Origin: Promethearchaeia archaeon
Lineage (GTDB): Archaea; Asgardarchaeota; Lokiarchaeia; Sigyniarchaeales; SOKP01
Assembly: GCA_029856155.1 (NCBI GenBank)
Contig: JAHQWL010000050.1
Span: 1-38,598 of the forward strand
Reading direction: 5' to 3'
Length of the DNA: 38,598 nucleotides
This document shows, piece after piece, positions 1 through 9,670 of the stretch. A program made the position numbers and the translations under genes. Position 1 is the stretch's first letter. The number at the start of each line of letters is the position of its first letter. Under the pieces are notes generated by a model. It was not told the origin of the DNA. It saw only the letters and a list, made by a program, of their open reading frames with translations, and did no database searches.

Positions 1-516
1 AAACACGGGAGCGGGTGTTCTAATTTCATAACTCTGAACCAATGAATGGGCAATACTTAATTCAAGACCCCCTTTGAAATTACCGCCGCTAGCTGTTTTC
101 GCATCCGTAATTTTTTCTTCCATAATCGTAAATATACGTAATGATAATCTTTTTTCCTCAAGAGGGCTTTCTTCCCATTGCTCTTTATTAAAAGCGATAA
201 TATATTTTTTCGCACCATCTTCTTCAACTACACCTTCAATATCAAAACTCTTACTAAACCAACGAGTTTTTGCTTGATATTTGAGTTGTTGATGGACTCC
301 TAACTCTTCGTCATGCAATCGAGTTCGCCAAAAGTTTACTTTCAGTTTTTTAAAAACCCTTTTTGCAGGTTTTACGGGAGCTTCTGGCGTAGGTTCTTTT
401 TTAGATGGTTTCGATACTTTCTTCTTTGTCGGAGTTGTTCTTGTCGTTGCTCGAGGCTTTTTTGCTGCTTTTTCAGCAGTTTTTTCGATTTCCTCGATAG
501 GATCTTCTTCTGACAT
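1..516 (-). CDS. Hypothetical protein, runs off the window edge (not in ORF track)
   Basis: ATG at 516 and 172 open codons to the edge: MSEEDPIEEIEKTAEKAAKSLEQRQEQLRQRRKYRNHLKR...SYEIRTPAPVF. It explains the + strand shadow ORFs. Confidence 0.8.
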   Translation of the reverse strand, partial: MSEEDPIEEIEKTAEKAAKKPRATTRTTPTKKKVSKPSKKEPTPEAPVKPAKRVFKKLKVNFWRTRLHDEELGVHQQLKYQAKTRWFSKSFDIEGVVEEDGAKKYIIAFNKEQWEESPLEEKRLSLRIFTIMEEKITDAKTASGGNFKGGLELSIAHSLVQSYEIRTPAPVF

Positions 517-819
517 ATAAAATCACATCTTTCATTTAATTTTTAAAATAATTTTTTCTTAAATTAATTTTCATTTGGATTATTAATATTTTTTACGTTA
601 AAGAATTGTTTTATAAAATCATATATACAAATTCTTATTTAAAAGATTTTTGAGTATAATTTAATTATACCTAAATTATACTTATTTTATTTTTGAGTAG
701 GCAATTTAAATTTTTAGATAATATCGCTGAATTAAGTTTTGATATTTTATAATCAGTTTAATTAATTTGATTATCTAATATTACATTAATTATTACGAAT
801 TTAAGATAAGAGATCATTA

Positions 820-3441
820 GTGATATTAAAAATATTTGTAATAGGTCCAGGAGGAGTCCTCTGTTATTCTAAGAATTTCATAGAAGAATTTGATATGGAT
901 GAGATGATAATCAGTGGTTTTCTTTCAGCTATTAGTAGCTTTGCTAAAGAGATTAAGGGAGGTGAAATTAGTGCTCTTATCTTTAAAAATTTCAATTTTG
1001 TCTATTCATATTATATTGAATTTGATTGTATTTTTGTCATTGTTATTGATAAAGAAGAATCGGAAGAAGATGCTCAAAATAAAATCAACTTAATGAAAAA
1101 TGAATTTATAAGCAGATATCGACCTTATTTAGAAAATTGGACTGGTAAAACTAATGTATTCGAAGATTTTGATGATTTCGTTGAAACCTATATTTTTAAT
1201 CCACCTAAAATCTTGTTAACTGGAATAAATGGAGTGGGAAAAACGACTATTCTGGATTTATTTCCCGGTGAGAAGTTAATAGAGTTAGATGATGAATTGA
1301 TGCAGATAATTCAAAAACCTATAGATCTTATTGATATGAAAGGTATTAAACGGTGTATCATACGAGAGTTTGATTTAGAGGAATTAATTTACAATTCAAA
1401 GATTCATGAAAAATTAATAGATTCTGTCGATATTTTTCTTCTTGTATCAAATTCAGAAGAAGAAAATGTTGACAGAACCCAAAGATTATTTTCTTCATTA
1501 ATATCTAAAACGTCTAAAGCAGATTTTTATATAATTGCAAATTTTCAAGATTTAGATAGCGCTGTAAAACTGGAGGAAATTGAAGAGACATTTAGAATAA
1601 AGAGTTTTGGATTTTCTGCAATTCAAGAGCAATCAAAAGAGGATATAAAAAGTATTATAAAAGATATAATAAATATTTCCGTCTTAGAAAAACAAGAAAA
1701 GAAATATCATCGGTTTATTGAGGAAAAACCTATAATTATTATAGAGGATCAAGTTGAGTCCGGTTTATTGGAAGAAGATTTTGAGGATGGATTAGAATTT
1801 TCTGATAATTGGAGCCAGATTGAAGAATCCAGATCTTTAGCAAAACAAGGAGATCATATAAAAGCTGCCGAGAAATTTTCTGAAATTGCTTCTCAATTTA
1901 AAAATTTTAGCTCAGAGGTTAATAAAAGCGCTAGAGAAGAGATTAATGCAATATATTATCTTTGTAAAGCTTGGGAAAGTATGGAATTAGCCGAAAATGA
2001 TGAGGATCCAGAAAAATTTACAAATGCCTGTGAGTTATTTAATGAAGCAAGTGAACATTTCACTGATAGTAAATTAAAATCATTAGCACAAGGAAATGCT
2101 GCCTTTTGTCAAGCTTTAGAATTAAGTTTAAAATTTGATAAGTCAAGCGATCGAGCTATTAAAGCAGATTATTACCCAAAAATAAAACTAATGCTTAGGA
2201 ACGCAGCGAATGTGTATCGTAAGGCAGGATTTGAAAGTGAAGCAGATTGGGCTCTTGCTACATCAACATATTTCGATGCTACATGGTATATTATCAGAGC
2301 AGATGAAGAATTAAATTTTGATGAGAAGAAAAAACTTCTAGAAGTTGGATTAGATATGTTAAAATCAGCAGCAGAAATCTTTGGAGAAGCAGGATATAAT
2401 GATAAAGAAAAGGAAGTATTAGATCGTTTTGATTTAGTAGAAAAGGAGGAGAAAATATTAATATCTGCGCTTAACACTATTAGTGAACCATCTTTTTCAA
2501 AAAGCACATTAGATGTGTTATCTCCCTCTATTCCTCGAAAAATTAAGGAGAAGAAGACTTCAAAAAAGAAATACAATCTAATTTATAAAGATTTACTTAG
2601 GCAATACCCTAAAATTCAAAAAAGAGAATTTAGGGTAGGAGTTGCTCAAATAGGATTGTCTAGTAATGGAGATTTTATATCAGAATATTATGAAGAAAAA
2701 AACTCTGGTTTATTAGAACTACGAGAAGACAAAATTGAATTAGTATTAAATAAAATTAAAAATATTATTGAAAATGCCCATAATAATGAAATAGATATTC
2801 TTGTTTTCCCCGAAATGGCAATAGATCTTAATTATGGTCAATTTTTAGAGGAAATCTCAAATTTGGCAAAATTATATAATATGTATATCATTCCGGGCTC
2901 ATTTCATAAACTTGAAACAAAACAAAATATTAGTATGGTGATTGGTCCTGAAGGAATACTTTGGGAACAAGAAAAACATATCCCCGCGATTATCCATTTT
3001 GAAAATAAAAAATTTGAGGAAGGAATAAAAGTTAACGTGTTCCCCAGACAAACTATTGTTTGTAATACTGAATTCGGGAGAATTGCGATAATAATATGCA
3101 GGGATTTTCTTGATATGGATTTGAGAGTAGAATTAAAAAATTTTGAACCACCGATAGACTTGATCTTCAATCCTGCGTTTACTCCTGTTACTGCTGATTT
3201 TAAAGCTGCTCATTTTGATGCTCGAAGATCTATATACGCCTATTGCTTCTTTGTAAACATTGCTGAATATGGAGAATCTCTCATATACACACCTGAAAAG
3301 GAAAGGATTGAAAGAATAATTCCACCAAAAGAAGAAAATTTAATATATAAAGATATAGATCTCTTTAAACTTCGTTCAGAACGTAAAAAATGGGAAAAAG
3401 AACAGAAAAAAAATCGCCAATTTATTCAAAGTACACGATAA
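820..3441 (+). CDS. Longin-like domain + degenerate small GTPase + TPR/SNAP-like helical repeats + carbon-nitrogen hydrolase (nitrilase) domain
   Basis: N-terminus IFVIGPGGVLCYS..ISGFLSAISSFAKEI is longin-like. P-loop GINGVGKTT, G4-like ANFQD, G5 SAI. Ala-rich helical repeats. C-terminal E-K-C triad FPEM/EKH/ICRD. Confidence 0.8.
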   Translation: MILKIFVIGPGGVLCYSKNFIEEFDMDEMIISGFLSAISSFAKEIKGGEISALIFKNFNFVYSYYIEFDCIFVIVIDKEESEEDAQNKINLMKNEFISRYRPYLENWTGKTNVFEDFDDFVETYIFNPPKILLTGINGVGKTTILDLFPGEKLIELDDELMQIIQKPIDLIDMKGIKRCIIREFDLEELIYNSKIHEKLIDSVDIFLLVSNSEEENVDRTQRLFSSLISKTSKADFYIIANFQDLDSAVKLEEIEETFRIKSFGFSAIQEQSKEDIKSIIKDIINISVLEKQEKKYHRFIEEKPIIIIEDQVESGLLEEDFEDGLEFSDNWSQIEESRSLAKQGDHIKAAEKFSEIASQFKNFSSEVNKSAREEINAIYYLCKAWESMELAENDEDPEKFTNACELFNEASEHFTDSKLKSLAQGNAAFCQALELSLKFDKSSDRAIKADYYPKIKLMLRNAANVYRKAGFESEADWALATSTYFDATWYIIRADEELNFDEKKKLLEVGLDMLKSAAEIFGEAGYNDKEKEVLDRFDLVEKEEKILISALNTISEPSFSKSTLDVLSPSIPRKIKEKKTSKKKYNLIYKDLLRQYPKIQKREFRVGVAQIGLSSNGDFISEYYEEKNSGLLELREDKIELVLNKIKNIIENAHNNEIDILVFPEMAIDLNYGQFLEEISNLAKLYNMYIIPGSFHKLETKQNISMVIGPEGILWEQEKHIPAIIHFENKKFEEGIKVNVFPRQTIVCNTEFGRIAIIICRDFLDMDLRVELKNFEPPIDLIFNPAFTPVTADFKAAHFDARRSIYAYCFFVNIAEYGESLIYTPEKERIERIIPPKEENLIYKDIDLFKLRSERKKWEKEQKKNRQFIQSTR

Positions 3442-3577
3442 ATGGCTATTGAATTCTTGTTTCTTTAATTTAGCATAATTTCAAACAAAATGTTTATACA
3501 CATAATTATATAACCTAATATCATCATAGCATTAAAATTGATAATTTAAGCAGATATATGTTCAAATGTTTATTTGG

Positions 3578-3711
3578 GTGAAATTTAAGATGCTTATGCT
3601 TTCTGAAGTAGGCTTTATAAATTTAATATCTTTTTGTGCCCGAATTGCGAAGATTTATCATCAATGGAAAACGCTTATTGGGTGTGTAATGAATCAATAG
3701 ATAAGAAATAA
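3578..3711 (+). pseudogene. Collapsed relic of a paralog of the downstream membrane/zinc-finger gene
   Basis: VKFKMLMLSEVGFIN (cf. VKINLLMLTDVAFMN at 3789) is joined out of frame to FNIFLCPNCEDLSSMENAYWVCNESIDKK* (cf. FNIFLCPNCE...TSMENVCWVCSETIDK at about 4693-4803). Confidence 0.8.
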
Positions 3712-3788
3712 CAATATTGCATATTTTCTAAAAAATATTTTTATCGATAACTTTTTTATACAAGATAGTATATAAGTATAGCAATGAG

Positions 3789-4872
3789 GTGAAAATCAAC
3801 TTGTTAATGCTTACTGATGTAGCTTTTATGAATGCAATCAGAGTAGTTATTATAGGTTGTGGAATTTTTGCGTTTGGATTAGTTTTAATATTCCAAGCAA
3901 TAAGAACAAATGCAAAGCTTCTCCTTTATTATGGTTTAATGATATCTCTAATGGGCATATCAAGTGGAGTGAATTATCTTATAGATTTTATAACTATCCT
4001 TATAACAGAAAATAATATGGACCATCAATTGTTCCACTTTTATAACTTGGACGCCCGCTCCTTTTGCTGCTTTTCTTGGTGCTTATGTAATATGTGAAAT
4101 AACAACACCTAAAAATAAATGGTTTTATCTATCTGTAGCTTTAGTTTTGAATATGCTCTTTTTATTAGATCTTTATATATTTCATTGGACGAGTGAAGTT
4201 GTGTATCCTACTTATAATCCTGGAATACCAAATGGTCTGGCACCACCAGGGGGTGGATTATTAAATTCCCTTCATCAATCATATTTTACCGGCAGGTGGT
4301 GGCTTTTTATGTGGTCTGGTTCTGTAATGTTCGGGTTTGGAATCTTATGCAAAAATATTGGGGAGATAGGTATAATTCGAAAAAAATATTTCTTTTTATC
4401 TTCAAGTTATATTGTATTTGGTGTCTCGCAACTCCTTAGAAATGAACTAAGTACTTCTTTTGGTACCATTGGTGCAAACTTTTATTCAATAATTTTCTAT
4501 ATATTCTTAGTATTTTCTTATTTGGGTTTAAGAGCAGAACCTGAGCAGCGTAAAAAGAGAGTTAAAAAAGAAGTTAAAATTAAAGATTCATTGTTTCGAA
4601 TAACTCAAAGGCCCGAGCATATTAGCGAAGAAGAAATTACATATTATCGAGAGCAGAAAATTTGTTTGGTATGTAAAGGAAAAGTAGCTGGATTTAATAT
4701 TTTCCTCTGTCCTAATTGTGAAGCATTATATCATGAAGATTGTGCGCGTGCTTTGACCAGCATGGAAAATGTCTGTTGGGTTTGTTCTGAGACAATTGAC
4801 AAGACAAAGCCAACAAAGGCTTTTAAAAAGGTTGAAGAAAAAAAGGATGTTGAAAAAAAAATAGAAAATTAA
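3789..4872 (+). pseudogene. Polytopic membrane protein with C-terminal C4HC3 RING/PHD-like finger, split by one frameshift near 4030
   Basis: The frame of ORF 4147 is open back to 4006 (STFITWTPAPFAAFLGAYVICEITTPKNKWFY) and continues ORF 3789. Tail is CxxC-x11-CxxC-x4-HxxC-x10-CxxC. Could be a sequencing error. Confidence 0.75.
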
Positions 4873-4920
4873 TTCAAAATTAAATAAAAAATATTATCAA
4901 TTAAAGAGGTAAATAGAAAA

Positions 4921-5409
4921 ATGGTTAAAAAAGTTTCGAAAGAGTTAAAACGGACATTTTTCCTTAATTTTATTGTTTCTCTTGTCTTTGGAGTTCTTTT
5001 ATTCTTTATGCCAAATATTTATTTGGGCTGGTTCGGTATTTCTTACCCTCCATTTCCTCCATTTCCTCCATTTGTCTTTGGAGGATTATTTGGTGGAGCC
5101 CTGTTAGCTTTTGCGAGTGCTTCTTTTTTTGCATGGAAAGAGACAGAATGGGAGAAGGTTAAGATTATAATGATTATGCACATCGTTTGGAATATGTTTG
5201 GAGCTTTTGTTTTCTTTTGGGCAGTCATTTATTTATCACCAGATCCTAGGTTTTATTTAGCTTATAAGATAATGAATCTGATATATCTAATAGTTTTTTT
5301 TGCATTCCTCGCAGCATTCATCTATTACTATGCAAAACATGAAAAGGAACAACCTACAGCTAGAGATGATGTTGAACCGGTAACAGTTATTTCAGATAAA
5401 GCGGAATAA
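4921..5409 (+). CDS. Hypothetical 4-TM membrane protein
   Basis: Four hydrophobic segments; GAGGT RBS-like motif upstream. Confidence 0.8.
   Translation: MVKKVSKELKRTFFLNFIVSLVFGVLLFFMPNIYLGWFGISYPPFPPFPPFVFGGLFGGALLAFASASFFAWKETEWEKVKIIMIMHIVWNMFGAFVFFWAVIYLSPDPRFYLAYKIMNLIYLIVFFAFLAAFIYYYAKHEKEQPTARDDVEPVTVISDKAE
5047..5073 (+). repeat. Perfect 9-bp tandem repeat (CCTCCATTT)x3 encoding PPFPPFPPF
   Basis: Read directly from the sequence. Confidence 0.9.
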
Positions 5410-5472
5410 GCCCATTTTTATATTTTAATGGAATAAGAACTTGTATAATCATTAGAAGAATTGAATCATTTG

Positions 5473-7719
5473 TTATTTTCTTCTATTTTTTTTCTTTTCT
5501 CCGGGCTTTTCTCTTTCAAATGGCTCCCTTTTCATATCTTCAACGATTATTGGTTCTTGTCGTTCTCTTTTTAATTTTTTCTCAGCTTTATGCTTAAGAT
5601 ATCTCCAACCTAAACCAATAGATGCCACACCGACGAGAGAGCTAATTGATATTATAAATATAATAGGCAAAGGAGATATTTGAACAACAATCTCCACCCA
5701 ATTTGATAAAGTATATCCCATTTCATTATATGCAGCAACCGCAAAATAATATTTCCCATTAGGTAATCCAGTTACATAGTATGAAGTCGCTGTAGTTTGA
5801 TCAGATATTAAGGTAAGACTTTCATTTATAGATGTGATTTTTTTATGATAACGAAATACAGAATAATTAACAGCTCTTTCAGAGTCCATCCATGATAGAT
5901 CGAAGTTCCCATCAGTATCAGGATCCCCCGCATTACTATCCAAAGAGAAAGCATCCGGTCCTGGGATAGAAACATGTACATCATCCAAAGACATTGTTTC
6001 ACCGGTCTCGTTATATGCAACAACCCTGAAATAATACTCTCCTTTTTTCAATGACATTGAAAACGGAGTTGTTGCCGTCTGATAATCAAGTAAATCGAAT
6101 TTTTTACTTATGTATTCAATGGGGCTATCAGACATGTATACAGAATAATTATCTGCGCCTATAGACTCCGTCCAAGTTAGATTAAATTTACCATCTAAAT
6201 CTGGACTCTCAGCAGTACTGTTCATTGTGAAATTTCCTGGTGGCTGGGGCGGTTTTGCAAGAAGCCCATTAATCCCCCAATATGGAAGCCTTAAAGAATC
6301 CGTAGCTATGAAATCAGGATAATTTAAGGAGGAAGGGATAACCACTTTAGTTCCATCAATATATTTATACTGGCAGAGAACGCTATAGCCAAAAGGATAA
6401 TCAAGTTCCAAATCATGAGAAGGTGAAAAAGCGGTTAAACCACCAGCCGCAGAAAATGGATTAGAGGCATTTATTTTCTCCAATGTTTTAACTATTGTAT
6501 CAGAATTGAAAGATTGCGAATCATTGACTGCCCATGCTAATAATTGAACAGCATCATAAGATCCCGTTCCAGTGTAAAACGGTTCACCACCATAATCTCT
6601 TACAAAACTATTAAAAAAAGGTATTGTTAAGTCAGTCTTTGATGTATTATGAATAGCTTGCATAACAATCTCAAATTGACAATATCCTTCAGCATCATCC
6701 CAATATGAAGGAGTTTGAGCAAGAATATTAGCAGCACTAAAAAATAAGCACTGTGGCTTTACCTTTTGATATGCTTGAGCAATTAATGCTCCCAGCTGAT
6801 CTAAAAAATTTATGTTAAAAATACATGTTATTTGAGCTTTCACGGTTTTAATTTGGTTCCAACAAGTCTCAAAATCGGCTAATGACGCGGTTAAAGGGAA
6901 TAATACATCTGTTATGTTGAAAGATGGAAGAAAATCCTTAAGTCCTTGAACCAGCACATTTATATAATTATTATCTTCATGTAGAAAGGCTATTTTGTCT
7001 ACGGTTACACCATATGTTAGATTTAAATGACTGACAAGAGAACCTATATGCCTTAAAATGTTTCTAAAGAGTCCTATATCATTTAAGGGCATAATCCTGA
7101 AAATATATTTATATCTCTCATAATCGTTTGAAACTTTTTCACATAAATCGTACGTAGCGGTCCCTGTAGTTAAAAAGGGTATTTTATTATCCATGATAGG
7201 TTCTAAGTACATTTCTAGAGCAGGATATATAATTCCTCCAATGATGAACTGGGGGTCATGATTATTTATCATGTATTCCGCAGTAATGATTCCATCTGTC
7301 ATAGGTCCATACACCTCATTAGTGTGCCCCCCGACAAGTCCAATATAATATTGATTTCCATTAACCAAAATGCCTCCCCCTTCATTTATTTCTTTAGCAG
7401 CCAGGTATGCCCCTTTCCATGCATGATCTCCTGAAATGTAATTCATATCATCTAATACCCCAATTTTCATTATCCGATCTAATGGTACGGGGGGTGGAAC
7501 TCCAGGGACAATATAATCATGTGAGGGATAAAGATCAACACTAAAAAAATATACACCAGCAATAATACCTGCGATCGCAACAACACCTATAAGCCCACCA
7601 GCAATAACTGATTTTTTATGGGCTCTAAGCCTTCGAATTTTTAGAAAATTCATTCTCATCAACATTTTCAAGTTAATTTTTATTATAATTGTTATAATTA
7701 CATGTATTTTAAAGCACAA
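5473..7719 (-). CDS. Branched-chain amino acid-type (type I fold) substrate-binding protein with two FN3-like domains and a C-terminal TM (true start probably about 7662)
   Basis: KIGVL..GAYLAAKEINEGGGILVNG and YDAVQLLA motifs. Two repeats DG(K/N)F(N/D)LxW..NYSV..YYFxVxAYNExG. N- and C-terminal TM helices and a charged tail. Confidence 0.85.
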   Translation of the reverse strand: MCFKIHVIITIIIKINLKMLMRMNFLKIRRLRAHKKSVIAGGLIGVVAIAGIIAGVYFFSVDLYPSHDYIVPGVPPPVPLDRIMKIGVLDDMNYISGDHAWKGAYLAAKEINEGGGILVNGNQYYIGLVGGHTNEVYGPMTDGIITAEYMINNHDPQFIIGGIIYPALEMYLEPIMDNKIPFLTTGTATYDLCEKVSNDYERYKYIFRIMPLNDIGLFRNILRHIGSLVSHLNLTYGVTVDKIAFLHEDNNYINVLVQGLKDFLPSFNITDVLFPLTASLADFETCWNQIKTVKAQITCIFNINFLDQLGALIAQAYQKVKPQCLFFSAANILAQTPSYWDDAEGYCQFEIVMQAIHNTSKTDLTIPFFNSFVRDYGGEPFYTGTGSYDAVQLLAWAVNDSQSFNSDTIVKTLEKINASNPFSAAGGLTAFSPSHDLELDYPFGYSVLCQYKYIDGTKVVIPSSLNYPDFIATDSLRLPYWGINGLLAKPPQPPGNFTMNSTAESPDLDGKFNLTWTESIGADNYSVYMSDSPIEYISKKFDLLDYQTATTPFSMSLKKGEYYFRVVAYNETGETMSLDDVHVSIPGPDAFSLDSNAGDPDTDGNFDLSWMDSERAVNYSVFRYHKKITSINESLTLISDQTTATSYYVTGLPNGKYYFAVAAYNEMGYTLSNWVEIVVQISPLPIIFIISISSLVGVASIGLGWRYLKHKAEKKLKRERQEPIIVEDMKREPFEREKPGEKKKNRRK

Positions 7720-7877
7720 ATAAACTAAACAAAAAATTAGTGTGAAAAGATAAACCCAACCATTTTATTCTATTTTTCATAATTGATTTCAAATATATTT
7801 GTTTTTAACATGTAATTAAGATAACCTAAAATTTAAATATTAATAATTAATTTTCAATAGTTTGGTGTTGATAATCA

Positions 7878-9446
7878 TTAGAGGTCAATTTGAGTATCGC
7901 ATACCCAACATGTTTCACCTTTCTTCTTTAAGGCAGTAGCACATTTCATACAATAATAGGTTTCACATTCAGGACATATATATACAGCCCCAGTAATTTT
8001 ACCTCTATGTACCAAACAGACATGAGATTCCTTTTCTACACTCACTTCAGCTTCAGTTTTTCGTATTTCTTTTTTTAATTTATGAGAGCTTAACAAATTT
8101 TTAGAATTTATTACTTTTCGAATAGATATTCTTTTGAAGATTGTCATTCCGACTATAATCATTAGAATAATTATACTAATCACTATTATTATAACAATTT
8201 CGGGGGGAGGTCCAGGGGGGATAGTATCATCTATACAGTTATTATTTTTAAATATATTTCCTTCGCAATCTACTTCAAATTTAGATTTATAATTATTATT
8301 GGCATTGCTACACACATCGTTATCAAATATATTATTATCATTAGATCTCACTAAATGAATGCCAATATCCGTATTATTAATTATGTAATTTCCTCTGATG
8401 TCTGTATTATTAGAATTTTCTAAATATATTCCTATCTCATTATTATCTACAATATTGCTACTGATAGAATTTCTATAGCAGTTAAGTGAATAAATTCCAT
8501 AATTGTTATAACTTAAATTGTTATTAGAAATTTCCTTAATATGACTACCTTTTAAATAAACCCCATAATTATTTTTTGTTAAATTATTTCTTGAGACTGT
8601 GCAATCGGGTGAATCTACAATGGATATTCCTACCTCATTGTTATAATCTATAAGATTTCCTATAATCCTGCTATTTTCTCCACTATATATATTTATTCCA
8701 GAATCGCTATTATTGTATATTCTATTTCCTGAAATGATGTTATTAATTCCAATCTCTAAATTTAATCCATCTAAAAGGTTATAACTCGCAATATTTCCAG
8801 AAATAATACTATAATGTACATTATATAAGCTTATTCCAATAAGATTATAATTAGCGATATTGCCTGTAATTTCGTTATGATTACTCATTCCATACAACTT
8901 CATCCCATAATTAGTGTTATTATTCAAAATATTTCCAGAAAGGTTGTTATACTCACTATAATATAAATATATCCCGTTTCCATTATTGTCTGAGCAGCTA
9001 TTATTAATTAATTTTCCATGGTCAACCCCCTCTAACTTGATTCCTCCATCTGTATCCGGATTAGATCCAGAATTATTTAATGTACAATTTCTAATTATAA
9101 AATATTCATCTGAATTTCTAATCGTGATACAACTGCCCAAACCTTGGCCGTCGATCGTAACATTTTCAATGAGGTAAGGATCGTTTAAAGTGCCTGATCC
9201 AGAACACCAGTCATATGTGGCTGCCGTTATTGACCAGTTTTTCGAGTGATTATCATCATCAATAGATATCGGAGTCCCAGTAAGATTCCAAAAACCTGAA
9301 GATTTTAGGTTCTTTTCTATTTGATCCTCAGGTTTAGCATTCATTTGTACTCTAGTTAAGCAAGAATATAAAATAACTGAATTTATCAAAACCGAAAAAA
9401 AAGTGATAGCTACAATGGTAAAGATAATCCCTTTATTTGATTTCAT
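7878..9446 (-). CDS. NosD/pectin-lyase-like right-handed beta-helix surface protein with TM and cytoplasmic RING-like zinc finger
   Basis: N-terminal signal/TM, GSGTLNDPYLIENVTIDG, repeated NN..GIYL..S..N.I..N, TM helix, then CxxH-x10-CxxC-x4-CxxC-x10-CxxC. Confidence 0.85.
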   Translation of the reverse strand: MKSNKGIIFTIVAITFFSVLINSVILYSCLTRVQMNAKPEDQIEKNLKSSGFWNLTGTPISIDDDNHSKNWSITAATYDWCSGSGTLNDPYLIENVTIDGQGLGSCITIRNSDEYFIIRNCTLNNSGSNPDTDGGIKLEGVDHGKLINNSCSDNNGNGIYLYYSEYNNLSGNILNNNTNYGMKLYGMSNHNEITGNIANYNLIGISLYNVHYSIISGNIASYNLLDGLNLEIGINNIISGNRIYNNSDSGINIYSGENSRIIGNLIDYNNEVGISIVDSPDCTVSRNNLTKNNYGVYLKGSHIKEISNNNLSYNNYGIYSLNCYRNSISSNIVDNNEIGIYLENSNNTDIRGNYIINNTDIGIHLVRSNDNNIFDNDVCSNANNNYKSKFEVDCEGNIFKNNNCIDDTIPPGPPPEIVIIIVISIIILMIIVGMTIFKRISIRKVINSKNLLSSHKLKKEIRKTEAEVSVEKESHVCLVHRGKITGAVYICPECETYYCMKCATALKKKGETCWVCDTQIDL

Positions 9447-9670
9447 GAAAATCTTAATTTATCAATAAAATAATTCTACAATTTAATTGACGTATTTGTA
9501 TTTTCTTAAGATTATCTTATTACCCGTACTTTTAAAAACTTAATGAAAATGGTTAATCATAAAAAAATAGTTAAATTTATTAGTAGTATTAATACAGCTA
9601 AAAAAACAAATATGTTCTACACTAGTTATTAATTTTCTAGATTCTTTTAATTTCTAAAATTTAATTATAT

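Noticed and set aside
74-513. + strand ORFs 74..277 and 313..513
   Set aside because: Antisense shadows of the - strand gene starting at 516.
3578-4872. Relic and gene pair as a diversity-generating retroelement TR/VR
   Set aside because: Differences are not adenine-specific and include deletions, and no reverse transcriptase is in the window.
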